Assembly (NCBI GenBank): GCA_964016885.1
Contig: OZ024742.1
Location: 144,088,001 to 144,152,000, forward strand
Direction: 5' to 3'
DNA: 64,000 bases
Source of the DNA: Eledone cirrhosa
Taxonomy: Eukaryota
The stretch's first letter is position 1, and each line of letters starts with the position of its first letter. The notes beneath the pieces were generated by a model. The model did not search any database. It saw only the letters and a program-made list of their open reading frames with translations, and was not told where the DNA came from. This document shows positions 12,765 through 25,728 of this stretch, piece by piece. Both the position numbers and the translations under genes were made by a program.

Positions 12765-13210
12765 GTCCTTGCCATTCTGAGTTCAAATCCCGCCGAGGTT
12801 AACTTCGCCTTTCAACCTTTCGGGGTTGATAAAATAAAGTACCAGTAATACACTGGGTAATTGCTGGCCTTGTGCCAAATGTAGAAACAATTATTATTAG
12901 GATAGTGAATTGGCAGTATCGGTAGAGGGTTGGACGCCATGCTTTCCAGCATAGTTACGTCCCTTTACAGTCTGAGTTCAAGTCCCACCGAGGTTAACTT
13001 TGCTTTTCATCCTTAAGGGGTCGATAAAATAAAGTACCAGTAATGTACTGGATAATTGCTGGGCTTGTGCCTAAAGTAGAAACAATTATTATTAGGATAG
13101 TGGATTGGCAGTATTGGTCCAACATGTTTTACAGCATAGTTCATATCCCACCAAGGTTAATTGACTTTCTCCTCCTCCAAAATTGCTGGCCTTATACCTA
13201 TAGTAGAAAC

Positions 13211-13240
<30 letters not shown>
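12765..13240 (+). mobile_element. Three tandem SINE family A copies
   Basis: Copies are delimited by the repeated junction attattaggatag at 12752, 12893 and 13088. Confidence 0.85.
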
Positions 13241-13245
<5 letters not shown>

Positions 13246-14282
13246 CTGAATGGTTGACAGCTTTGTTAGAACACCGAAAACATGGTTAACAATATTTGTT
13301 CCCAAGTTTTACATTCTGAGTTTAAATCCTGCAACGGTCAACTTTCCTTTTCACCCTTTGAAGGTTGATAAGCTTAAAGTACCAGTTAAATCCTAGGGTG
13401 GATTTACACCCATCTCTAAATATCTCACCAAAAAGAATTGTTATTGTTGCTGTTGATGTTAAAGTTAGAAATCCTACAGGAAAATGCAGGTCTGGCACCC
13501 TACTCTTTAATTAACAGGTATGATAGGCCAGAGAAAATTCTGTATCCTTTCATAGAGACACCCATGGATAGATGGCTCCCCACCACCACCATCATTACTA
13601 TTATCCACCACCAATAACGAAAATAAGTGGTGTTGAGTGGAGTTGGTGTATACAATCAAAGAGAGGAAAAATGGCAATGGTTATCTGAAATTAGCTTTAG
13701 AAGAACTTTCAATAGAAAAAGGACAACAATAACAATAACATAAAGCTAAACAACAACAAATATTTTTTAAAAATAATATGAAAAGCACCCCCCTCCTGCC
13801 TTCTGATAAAAAACAACAACAACAACAATAACAACAGCCCCAAAACAGTTTCTTGGAGGTGGGGGGTGTAGTTGTGGTGGCTGTTATTATTACTATTCCT
13901 CATATTTGTTATTTATGATATTTATTTATTTGATAAGCAGCTGAAGTGAAAATCCACAAGAAAAATCAATATTGTGTATTGGAATAGCAACAACCATTCA
14001 CAGATGAGATAAATGCTATATTCAAAAAAGCAAAGGTTCAAATAACTGAAAGATATTTCATCTAAACAAAATAGAAGAAACATCATCAAGGAAGAATAAT
14101 CATACAAAACTTTTCTATATAATCTAGCCTTACTCTACGTGCTTTGTTTTATCAGCTTGCAGTTTAGTTGGTGCCAACCATATTTTGCCTGCTGCCACAG
14201 TTGGCAACAACAGAAGAATACCATACAAATAAATTCTAGCTGCTTGTGCACCAACCAACCAACGAACAAACCAGCCAACCAG

Positions 14283-14525
14283 CCACCACTACCACTACCA
14301 CCACTGTCACCACTAACACAACCACTGCTACCACCACAACTACCCCCCCCCCCCCCCCCAACCACCACTGCCGCCGCCCCTACCACCACAACCACTGCTA
14401 CCTCCACCTCCGTCACCACTACCACAACCACTGCCACCGGCACCACTGCTACCACCACCACCACCACCACTACCAACACTCACCACCATCACCACTACCA
14501 CTGCTACCACCACCACCACCACCAC
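14283..14525. repeat. Degenerate (CAC/CTA)n low-complexity tract
   Basis: Directly visible; source of the poly-T/P/H/V ORFs. Confidence 0.9.
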
Positions 14526-14706
14526 TATATTATATAGCATAAATACAAGTAATGATATCTATATTAAATAACTCCTCATTAATTCAGTCATCAAACCCCC
14601 CCCCGCCTCTCTACCTTTCTTTTTCCCTGCCCTCTTTATTTATATTTGTCAAGTTTGAATTTCTTTTTCTGAATAGAAAACTGAAATAATCATCATCATC
14701 ATCATC

Positions 14707-14744
<38 letters not shown>

Positions 14745-14747
<3 letters not shown>

Positions 14748-14872
14748 TGTTTCTACTTTAGGCACAAGGCCAGCAATTACCCAGTGCATTGCTGGTACTT
14801 TATTTTATCGACCCCGTAAGGATGAAAGGCAAAGTCAACCTCAGCGGGATTTGAATTCAGATTTGAACTCAG
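14745..14872 (-). mobile_element. 5'-truncated SINE family A copy with (ATT)n tail
   Basis: Reverse complement of box B, central domain and tail; tail tract at 14708-14745. Confidence 0.85.
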
Positions 14873-14884
14873 GATTTGAACTAT

Positions 14885-14925
<41 letters not shown>

Positions 14926-14927
<2 letters not shown>

Positions 14928-15260
14928 CTTTCTTTATTAACCACAAGGGTTTACATAAAGTAGACATTAAGGACAGTACAGGGCAATACAGGACGGTACA
15001 AAAGGGCATTTCTGCGTGTAAAAAAAACAGAGGATGTAATAAAAAAAATAACAATGAAAAATTCCCCAATAGGGGGGGGGGGGGGGGGAGACTTCCGAGG
15101 GACATTTGTGGAGAAAGCCCATTAAAAGGCCACAGTGACCCTGACCACCAGGGCAAGTGCCCTCTCCCAGTTTTCCACCTTTAATTTACAGACACATACT
15201 CAGAGTAGGCCCGGCCCATTCACTCAGGCCATTCTTGCTTCTCTCACCCATCTTTCAACA

Positions 15261-15262
<2 letters not shown>
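14926..15262 (-). mobile_element. 3' end of an unclassified non-LTR retrotransposon (possibly Tx1/L1-like) inside an (AAT)n tract
   Basis: Minus strand: FVERWVREARMA*VNGP...TLSMCL*, then about 260 nt of UTR with a poly-C run, AATAAA and an (ATT)n tail. Higher GC than flanks; (AAT)n on both sides. Clade assignment is from recollection only. Confidence 0.55.
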
Positions 15263-15302
<40 letters not shown>

Positions 15303-15490
15303 GATGATGATGATGGTGATGATGATGGTGGTGGTGGTGGTGGTGGTAATAATAATAATATCAATAATGATAATGATCATAATAACAATGATGATGATGA
15401 TGATGATGACAACAACAATGATGATGATGATAATGATGATGATGATGATGACGACAATGATGATAATGATGATGATGACGACGATGATGC
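15261..15490. repeat. Compound (AAT)n/(GAT)n/(GGT)n microsatellite
   Basis: Directly visible. Confidence 0.95.
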
Positions 15491-15823
15491 TAATTCCAGC
15501 TACCCACCCCCAGGGAACCATGCTAATTTTTCTAAAGGAGGAGCAGATGTGATCTCATTTGAATTGACCGAAATACTGATTTTTTAATTTTATTTTATTC
15601 ACTCTGGTAACAAAATTGATGTTGTTGTTGCTGATGATAATGAAAGGTATTTCAATGCTGTTATAATTGATTTAACAACCCCTAGTACATGACTGGTACT
15701 TTATTTAATTGACCCAGTATTATGAAAAGGCAACACAGTATTTAAATTTAGAATGTGAAGTGACATATCTAAATTTCCATTTCTTGCTTATGCACAAAGC
15801 TGAATATTTAGGAAATGGGAACT

Positions 15824-16145
15824 TCATCATCATCACTGTTTAATGCCCATTTTTGCACTCTAGCATTGGTTAGATGAGTTATCCTATCGTGAGCAATGCT
15901 AGGTCAGGTGACCAGGTCTTGCTCATAGAACTGATTTTGGCTTGGTTTCTACGGGTGGAAGCCCTTCCTAACCCCAACCTCATTTATGGTGAGTACTGGG
16001 TGCTTTTTGTTGTGACACCTACACGATCACTTTACAGTATGGACTAGGTGTTTTTTGTTGTGACACCTACACAACCACTTTATAGTGTGGGCTGGGCACG
16101 TTTTGCTATGTTGCCATTACAACCTCTTTACAGTGTTGGCTGGAG
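15824..16145 (-). mobile_element. Family C retroelement 3' portion with internal ~40-bp tandem units
   Basis: (GAT)n tail, aggaagggc motif, repeated gtgacacctacac..cacttta.agt units. Confidence 0.7.
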
Positions 16146-16934
16146 GCTTCACTGGATGAATATTTATAGATTTAATTGTTGACTAGTACTTTGTTTTATC
16201 AGAACCTTATGGGCGTGAACTGAACAAACTAACCACTAAGCCACATGCCTTTACAAGACACAACGAAAAAGTTCCAAGCATAATAACCATCCTATTTTGG
16301 GGGTTTTATTTTTAGACACTATCTAATGTGTCCCTTTCTTTTGTAAAATAAGTGTGTGATTTAAAATGAGAGAAGGGAGATATAAACAATATAAACTATT
16401 ATCATTATAATCATTATTTTACATCTGCTTTCCATGATTGGACAGGCTGGTACAGCTTAAATCAGTTCTTATTTGGAGTAAACCTGCACCCCAACCCCTC
16501 TAAATGGATTGTAGAATCACATCTCACTTATATGTTTCAATTTTGGCATAGTTTCTACAGCTAGATACTCATTCTAACACTCATGAATTTAGAGAGGGTA
16601 GTGAGTGCATTTTATCATATTACCAGCACTAGAGAGGTTGTCAAGTGCTCAACATGACAAGATATTCTCTACCATACATTGTCTCTGTTTGCTTGTTAAA
16701 CCCTTTACAGAGTGTATTAGATGCTGTTTATTGTGGCATCAACATTCAAGTGGTTGCCTTGTTTGCTGCATTGCTAAACATACTCCTCTACTTTGAAATA
16801 TATTTCAGCTATCTTATATGGTTCAGGGAAGTTTGGTGATTGTAAGCTATTCTGGACTTGAAAAGGAATTTGCAAAAGAAAGACCTTTCTTTTAATCTAT
16901 TGTCAACAAAATATAAACATTATAATGAGGTGAG

Positions 16935-17120
16935 GGGCGGTGAATTGGCAGTATCGGTAGAGAGTCGGACGCCATGCTTTCCAGCATAGTTACGTCTCTT
17001 TACGGTCTCAGTTCAAATCCCACCGATGTTAACTTTGCCTTTCATCCTTACGGGGTCGATAAAATAAAGTACCAGTAATGTACTGGGTAATTTGCTGGCC
17101 TTGTGCCAAAAGTACAAACA
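16935..17120 (+). mobile_element. Full-length SINE family A copy (186 bp) with 16-bp target-site duplication
   Basis: ATTATAATGAGGTGAG at 16919-16934 and 17121-17136; box A-like tggcagtatcggtag and box B-like gttcaaatccc. Confidence 0.92.
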
Positions 17121-18664
17121 ATTATAATGAGGTGAGTTGTGAATATATCAAAGAGAATAACTAAAACAAACAATTATAGTACAAATTAATAATGAATAAT
17201 TTGACTAAAGTCCAATGATAATAGAAATGTTTTCACATCAATATCACACCACATCAATGCATATTTTTCCCAATATTATTTTTTCATTTGAAAAAGGTTT
17301 GTCCATAAGGCAATGGATTGCATAACTGCCAGGCCATATGGACATAACTAGAAATGTGCATCACCCAATGGAATAGAATATAAAAAAAATAACATCCTAT
17401 CTTCATATTAATTTATAGATATATAGATAGATAGCCATGTTTTAAATTTTCAAGAAATGCCATATGCCATTACAACGCCCCTATGACTCCATCAGAAGTT
17501 ACTATCCACACATCCATATAAATAGATACATAGATATAAACTAGAGTACAGAATATTTCATTAAGCACATAAACACATTTACACAGTTTGCTTGTTTTAG
17601 CTTTCTATCATTACTAAGGATAAGCATGTATATGTGTATAGGTTGGACAGGTTGTCTCCAGCACAATTTCCTTCCACTTGTTGCATACCTTCATCATCTC
17701 CTCTGTGAGGTTCAGCCTGTTGAGATTAGCTCTCACCCTCTCCATCCAGGTCTTCTCTTCTACAGCCAATGATCACTATCCATATAGACATCTGTGTATA
17801 CAAGCAAGCTTAATGTTCCCTCTTGTACACTGCATCTGGTATCTCCTCTTATACCAGTTTTTCCCTCACATATATACATCCAAATATAACAAAGCTGATT
17901 GTGAATGAACAGAACTGATAAAAAGGCAACAGACAAAGAACTAAGTAAACTAACAAAGTGAATATATTTTATAGTCTGTTTTTCTGGCCATGTTTACTGG
18001 TAATATAGAAAGATCTATATTTACAATGGAGGAATGATCTATTTTATTTAATCAAATCATGTTGAAATTACAAAAATATATCACCTGTAAATTAAGATGA
18101 ACAAAACAAAACAAAAAAGTTAAAATTCGTTATTGACAAAGAAAAATAATATCATTATCAATTTATCATGAACATTTCTTACAATTATTGTGGTGGTAAG
18201 TTTTAAAATCCTTTGTTGTATGAACTATCATGTCTACAACATTAATACTTTATTATGTCTAGTATCTCGATTCACCAACATACATATATGTATTCACCTG
18301 TACATACATATATAGCTTCTAACATTTCAAATATAATGTCACTAAATACACACAGCCCTCATCTCAAACATTCACTCTATAAACATCTTCACAAACTATA
18401 ATATTAAGTACAACATTTTCTACAAGGATTAATATAGTGAGTAGTAGAATTATTAATAGATATTTACTGATGTTTAACCACATTAGAGCATTCAGATGAC
18501 ATGCCATTGCAGTATTTTGTTCTGGCTCTTTATAATCTGAATTCAATCCAGCCAAGGTCAACTTCGCCTTTCATCCTCCCAGAGCCAATAAAATAAAGTA
18601 TCAGCCAAATACTAGAGTGGATTTACTCAACTATGCCCTTCCCCCAAATTTTCTGGTTGTGTGT

Positions 18665-18862
18665 TTAACCCTTTAACATTTACATTACTTTATATTTACT
18701 GTTATATTTTCACATAATATCTAATCTATGAGATTTTGATATTATTTATTTGGAGAATAATACCTTAACATCAGTATAAGCAGCTGGTTACAGATGGTTT
18801 GAACAGAAAGAGGTGAGAGAATTCTGGCCGGATATGACTGGTTTAAAATGCTAAAGGGTTAA
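18665..18862. mobile_element. piggyBac-type MITE (family 1)
   Basis: TTAA-CCCTTTAACATTT ... AAATGCTAAAGGG-TTAA; homologous copies at 40727, 58907 and 63087. Confidence 0.85.
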
Positions 18863-20022
18863 ATTTAAATTAGAAATCAATATTTATGGAGCAGTTATAC
18901 AACTGTACTTCCTTATTACCTAGAGATAGCAGCCTAATATCCCTAAAATCAAACCCTATACCTAAAATTAAACCATTTCCATCTGAACAAAAGAGAAGAC
19001 ATATTAGATTAATGGATACCAAATCATACACACACACACACACACCACTAAGAGCAAATAAGGTCCAGTGTATAATTCTTCATTCATGATTTTAATTGAA
19101 TAAGAAATAAAATCTTAAATCAGCTGCCAATGAATTACAGGTAATATTATCAAAAGACCTGCTAACATTTTCTTGAAAATCCGGTGAATTGATGTACATA
19201 GATCTTTCTTTTTCTCTCTCCCATACACACACAGATGTTTGTTTGCATGTGTGTGTGTATGTGTGTGTGTGTGTCTGAGTGTGTGAGTGTGTGTGTGTAT
19301 TACCATTGTCTGTGAATTTAAATTCAAGTCCTGTGATCTGAAATAGTCCAATACGATTTTATTCACTTAGCCATTTCATCTCTATAATTGGAGTGAACAC
19401 TCTAAGGGGTTGTTACTATTATGAATAGTTTATAAACTTGTCACTTATTTGATCGTAAGAACAATTTTGTTTTTTTATTTTTCTATATTCCCTTGCCAGT
19501 ATTACATTTAATGATACACATGAGACTGAAGTCAACTTTGCTCTTTGTTTACATGATATATATTTTCCTTGTATGAAACTGTTTACCTAAGATATATCAA
19601 ATAGGTTTCTTTTAAGAAGTGTTTGCATAATATACCTCTTACAGACATTAAGAATTGTTTAAAGAATTGTCAAATATACATCACAATTTGTTTATATAAA
19701 CTATATCTTCCTATAGTATCAATAACTCTGAGATGATATTTTCTAGTGTCAAATTTACAATTACTGTGTAAAAAATACAAAATGATAATCTAATTTAGAT
19801 ACAAGGCCAGCAATTTGAAAAGAGAGAAAAGTTGATTATATCAACTTCTGTATTTGACTGGTATTTTATTAAAACTAAAACCAACTCTAAATGCCATAAG
19901 GAAGTAGATAAACCTCTGGATAAATCAATCCACAACCTAGTTTCAAATCACAGCCGCAACCATCATTAGCTTCACTAATGCCCTTACTTTTATTGAAAAA
20001 AAAAACTATACATATATATATA

Positions 20023-20725
20023 TCATCATCATCATTTAACGTCCATCTTCTACGCTAGCATGGGTTAGACGGTTTTGTTCCATTTGGTGCAGGAATGGTT
20101 GGGAAACCATGTCTTGCTCACACGGAAGTGTCTCTGGCAGGTGTTGTTTTTACAGCTGGATGCCCTTCCTAACACCAGCCACTTTTGCAGTGTGGACTGG
20201 GAGCCTTTTCACTGTGTCTCCTACATGGCCACCTTACAGTATGGAATTGTGTCATCGACACAGTGCACGGAACGGGAGAGGAAGGATGGGGTAGGGTGTG
20301 GCAGTGGGGTGTACATTGAGTTAAGAGGTGCCTACTGACTGTATGTTTATAAGCAATGGCAGTCAGGTCTTCTGTACAACTGCATGGCACCAAAGGTCTC
20401 GATCCAGTGACATTGTCTTAGAGTGGTGTAGGTGGGCAAGGTCAGTTTTTATCACCTCGTCCCAGATTTTTCTTGGTCAACCCAGTCCGCAGCTTCCATC
20501 AATTTTCATTGCCCTGCACTTTTTTTATACAGCTGTCGTCCTTCATACACATCACAAGTCCATACCAACGCAATCTCCTCTCCAGAACACAACATTTGAT
20601 ACCTCTTATGCTTAGTCTCCCTCTTAGTTCGTTACTATTACACATCCATCGGAGATTGCAAGCTTCATTTCTTTCTAATCTACGCAGGTCTTCAGCACAC
20701 AATGCCCAAGTCTCACTACCGTGTA
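20023..20725 (-). mobile_element. RTE LINE 3' fragment joined to family C 3' extension
   Basis: ORF 20499-20732 HGSETWAL..EDLRRLERNEA..LRWMC..ERRLRWYGLVM is the RTE C-terminus; followed by family C sequence and a (GAT)n tail. Confidence 0.85.
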
Positions 20726-22379
20726 TACACACACATGTGTTTGTGTGTGTATATATATATATGTGTGTGTGTGTGTGTATGTGAATCTTTGTTTTATTTC
20801 CTTTAAAATAATAGGCTGTGTTTAAAATTAAGCTGCACCTACAGATTGGAAAGCAGATGTGTCACAATGTGTACATAAAATGGACTTTCAATGTTCATTT
20901 TTGCAGTGCTTCCCACTTAAAACACATGTCTACTTTTGCAGTGCTCCCACTTAAACCACAACAAACAAATCAAAGAGAGATCAAACTAAATGATTTCACA
21001 AACTCTATTTTAGATATTTTCTGTTAATCATTGCAGAATTTTAAGAGTTAATGTTATCGTCCAATTTAATATCAACACTTGAATCTTAGGTATTTTTAGT
21101 GGAATCTATTCTGTTGCAAGCATTTGAACCTAATGTTTGGTTTGAGGATATCTCACTTTTTCCCATACTACCAGTTTTGGTGGTCATGAGTCATGGGCAC
21201 TGCCTTTCACTCTGACTAAGTGATAAAAATTGTTCCCTATTAGAATATGTCTACTAGGTGTGTTTACTAAGTATTTCAGATTAGACGTGAAATATGTTCT
21301 CCAGTTGATAAGATTGGGCATCAATATGAATAAATAACCAAAGAAGAATTATACCTATTGTTCTTTACATTCAGTGAAGAAAAATCGTTACTTATGTGTA
21401 AAAAAAAAGACAATAAATTGGAAAAAAACGAAGAAAAAAGAAAGAAAAATCAGTAAATATTTATATCTTATAAAATAGCGTAATAAATAAAGTAGTGTCT
21501 TTTCTTGACAAGATACATCCATTAATTAATGATCAGCTCTATTCACCATTCCCCCAAAATGTCTACATTGTTGTTTCTCTGATAAATGGGTGAAATGGGG
21601 CATGTAGAATTAATAACCCCACTCAAAATAAATAAATAAATAAAATAAACTTCTGTTGTTGTTTGAAGTCATCATCTTGGACTGATAATCTAGTTTTCAC
21701 AACTCCAGTCTACTCTATCAGCCATTTCTTCAGGTAGTGGATTGCCAGAAGCACTTAGAACATTGGACAAAATGCCTGTGGTATGTTGTTTCATCACTTT
21801 ATGGTCTGAGTTTGGAATCTTGATGACACCAACTTTGCCTTTTATCCTCCTGAGGCTACCAAACTACCTGAAACTGCCCTTCACCCTCAGATTTATTATA
21901 CAAAGCTGTTAATTTTTAAATGCTTATTATCTATCTAAAAACCCACCTTCCATCATAATATTTTGTAGGAAATTTTATTAAGTTATATTCCAAACACCAA
22001 CTGAACAAGAAGAAAGTTAGGTATAATACCAAATGCCACCAAATTCTTGATTATTTTCAAAATTATTTGAAAATTATAGCCAGTGTCTTTCATTAGAAAT
22101 AGGGTAGTGAAAGGTTTAAAGCAGTACTAGCTATGTGCTGCAGGTTATTTAATGTTTTTGTAAAGGAATGTGAATTGAATTACAATAGAAGACTAAGTGT
22201 GTACTATGGTTAAGAATTAATTAGCAAGGGAAGACAACTATTACAGTTTAAGGGAGGAGTTACATTAGATAAAAAGCACAAATACTGAAAGGACAGTGAT
22301 ATGAAAAATATCTCAAACAACAAGACTAAAAACATACTCATGTTAGTGTGGGGTTCATGAGTTTAGTGGGGAAAGGCAG

Positions 22380-22620
22380 AAATGTTAGGTGTGTGTGAGA
22401 AAACAGATATGCATTAGGTGTGGGGGAGAAAACGGAAATATGGTGGGGGGGGGGGGGCATATATGAGTTAGGTGTGGGGAAGAAAACAGAAATATGGTAG
22501 GTGTGGGGAAGAAAACAGAAATACGGTAGATGTTGGGTACAAAACAAATATATGATGTATGCGTATATCATGAATATGAAACAGAAATGAAAGTGGAAGA
22601 AAAAACAGAAATATGAAACG
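22380..22620. repeat. Degenerate tandem repeat, about 30-bp unit
   Basis: taggtgtggggaagaaaacagaaatatgg-like unit recurs 5-6 times. Confidence 0.75.
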
Positions 22621-22984
22621 AATAATCTTTTAAATAAGCAAAATCTTATTATACCATTTATTCGTTTTGTTTGTTGAAATATAAATAAAATATAAAATAA
22701 TAATAATAATAATAATAATAAACGAAAATGTCTTGTCTGGCAAGGTAACAAACACTGACAGAGAGGGTCAACTAAGAGTATTTGTCAGTTTGGAGTATGA
22801 TATACAACCTGTCTAAATTTTCAATAGAGTCATAACTAGTCTCAGAGTACAATATTTTAGACAAAACATTTCTGTTTAGACTAAGCAAGGTCAGTACTAA
22901 ATCATTTCATTATCTACAGCAATCTACAAAACTGAGAAACAGTGGGCATAGGTAGATAGCTAGATAAATATGTATGTGTGTGTA

Positions 22985-23008
22985 TCATCATCATCATCAT
23001 ATATATAT

Positions 23009-23087
<79 letters not shown>
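22985..23087. repeat. (CAT)n plus (TA)n microsatellite
   Basis: Directly visible. Confidence 0.95.
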
Positions 23088-23089
<2 letters not shown>

Positions 23090-23879
23090 AGAGTGAGAGA
23101 GAGATTTTACCACCATGCACATGCACACAGGCCAAAGAGTGAGCTTCTATGAGGTTGTTCAACCTACTAGAAATAGTTGACAATTATCAATCCAATTACA
23201 CCCTACTGGCTTGATAAGGGAGAGAGAGAAACATTGGATAATATAGTTTTAGACACACAATGCCTGAGAAGAAGACTGGATAATGATGGTTGGAAACACC
23301 TTTTATAATAGGTTTGCCTGATCAGAGCTAACCTGGGGCTAAACAGCATCAATAACATCATGACAATGAAGAAACTTTCTAAGTAGTCACACAACTAACT
23401 AGAAATAGCCGAATCTTCAAAACATCATCTTACTGTCTTAAAGAAGGAAGGACCAATTAGATAATATAGTTTAAGATTCAACCCTTAAAAAAAAGGAACA
23501 ACCGAAAAAAGCTCATAAAATATTATGAATTAGTCATGGCTGAGATGTCTTTTTATATAGGTTTTACTCAAGGTTGGTCAGGAACTATACACCAATGTGC
23601 ATGTAAAGCTGAGTCTTTACTTTAAAACAATCATTGGTAAACTGCAGCCTGTTTTGGCTTTCTGAATGGCATGCCTAATGAAAATTAACCTTGAATTTCT
23701 TTTTAGTAGTGTGCCCACCTTATGACGAACCATATCACATGCAGCCCATGATTCAAAAAAGTGTGTGCATGCCTGCTCTAACCCATTATTTCTAAAGCAT
23801 TTTTGTTCCATGTCCCACCACACCATCTCAAACAATTTAATGCTTCTCACATGTTCTTCTCCATCCACTTATTCTTAGG

Positions 23880-24075
23880 TGGGTCGTGGGAGCAAAGTCC
23901 TCAAACACGCCTTCCAGTGGGTCCATTCAGAAGCAACCATCTCCAAGAAGCAACCATCTCCAATTGACCCTGCGGGGTCCTCAAGCAAGACCAACCAAGC
24001 TCATAGATGTTATTCAACCATCTTGCTCGGGGTCTACTCCTGGGTCTCCTGCCGGTTGTTTTTTGCCTGTAAAAT
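23880..24075 (-). mobile_element. RTE (Expander/Rex3-like) LINE 3' fragment
   Basis: ORF 23901-24128 TGRRPRSRPRARWLNNIYELGWSCLRTPQGQLEMVA matches the GRRPRGRPRTRW...L(A/G)W..L..P...LE.VA terminus. Confidence 0.75.
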
Positions 24076-24799
24076 CTGTCCAGGAGGAGACCCAGAGCTG
24101 AACCTAAGTGAGATGATTGGATAACCAATGAGCTCAGCTGGTCTCAAGCTGGATCAATCCAGATCAATTGCAGATTGTTGCTTCTAAAAACATGTTTGAT
24201 GTTAAAAAGATGATGTAAAATTTAGAAAAAATTGGCCTTTAAAATATTGAAATTAATCTGCAAAACATTCAAATCTGTCCTCTATGTGGTGTATGCACCA
24301 TATTTAGAATTACTCCGCTAACATTAATTGCAATAATTTCTCTGACCATTGCACATTGAGGTTAAAGAATGAGAACTAACCATTCTATCTTCAGCTTAGC
24401 AACACTGTGTCTTTGTAATACATAATAATCATGGATTAGATAAAACTAGAAAACAAGAACAACGACATCGAGCAAACAGTTCCACCCCTCACAAATCATC
24501 ACCACCACCACCACCAGTAACACCACTACCGATTCCACTACCACCACCAACAACAACAATAATGATAACACCACCACCACCACCACCACCACCACCAGTA
24601 TTTCATCCTTCCTATTCTGTTCTGTTACTGTACACTAAAGCTTCCCAAACAACACAGCAGCTTGCATGTCTGTCGGTCCCTGTCCAGTTTGACAGTTTAG
24701 CCACAATTCACTAGACTGTAACACCTTATCTCCATCAATCAGGGCCGACCAGGGTCTAACAACAACAACAGCGTCACCAATATCATAGCACATGCTAGT

Positions 24800-25127
24800 A
24801 ATATATATACACACATGTATATTATACATATATATATATTATGCATATGTATGTTTATGCATATACATGCACAAACACACATATACATACAAAAGTATAT
24901 ATATATAAATATACATATATATATATATATTATGCATATGTATGGATATATATATACATGTATATGTATGTTTATGCATATACATGCACAAACACACATA
25001 TGCATACAAAAGTATATATATATATATATTATGCATATGTATGGATATATATATATATACATGCATATGTATGTTTATGCACAAACCCATTACACATTCA
25101 TATGTGCATACAAAGGTACACATATAC

Positions 25128-25184
<57 letters not shown>

Positions 25185-25199
25185 TATATATATATATAT
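24800..25199. repeat. AT/AC low-complexity tract with a ~120-bp tandem duplication
   Basis: atgtatgtttatgcatatacatgcacaaacacacat recurs near 24845 and 24963, with a partial third copy near 25065. Confidence 0.9.
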
Positions 25200-25636
25200 C
25201 ATTCCCTCTCGCCATCACTTCGAAACATATTTCAGCTATAATAATATTTCATGTGATCATATAAATACATATCCAGTTATTAATGGTATTTATTCTACAC
25301 ACGACATATTGACTGAGATACGAACATCATTTCATGTATAGGGCCAACATTATTCAACACTTCACTCACTCTACTAGCAGCAGCACACTTTAATATAATA
25401 CTGCTTATTCTTTTTCTATAGAACTCTTACTATCATGACAAGATCTAAGAGTTGGGAGTAAGGTAATTGTTTGGGGTTTTTTTTTGCTGTTGTTATTGTT
25501 GTTGTTTCAGAGAGAGGGGGTTGTGACCCTACCCCACTGTTTTTCATTCTTTCTTTGTCTTTTTTTTTTTTTCAATAATAGAGTTATCTCAGCAAAGAGA
25601 AACTAATTAATTGCTGCCATATATATATATACATAA

Positions 25637-25638
<2 letters not shown>

Positions 25639-25723
<85 letters not shown>
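25639..25723. repeat. (TG)n microsatellite
   Basis: Uninterrupted run. Confidence 0.97.

Positions 25724-25728
<5 letters not shown>

Noticed and set aside
14135-15587. Multiple long ORFs rich in T, P, H, V, D, N, M or I
   Set aside because: Translations of trinucleotide microsatellites, open in several frames on both strands.
23617-23868. 83-aa minus-strand ORF of normal composition
   Set aside because: No recognisable motif and no convincing splice-site pair.
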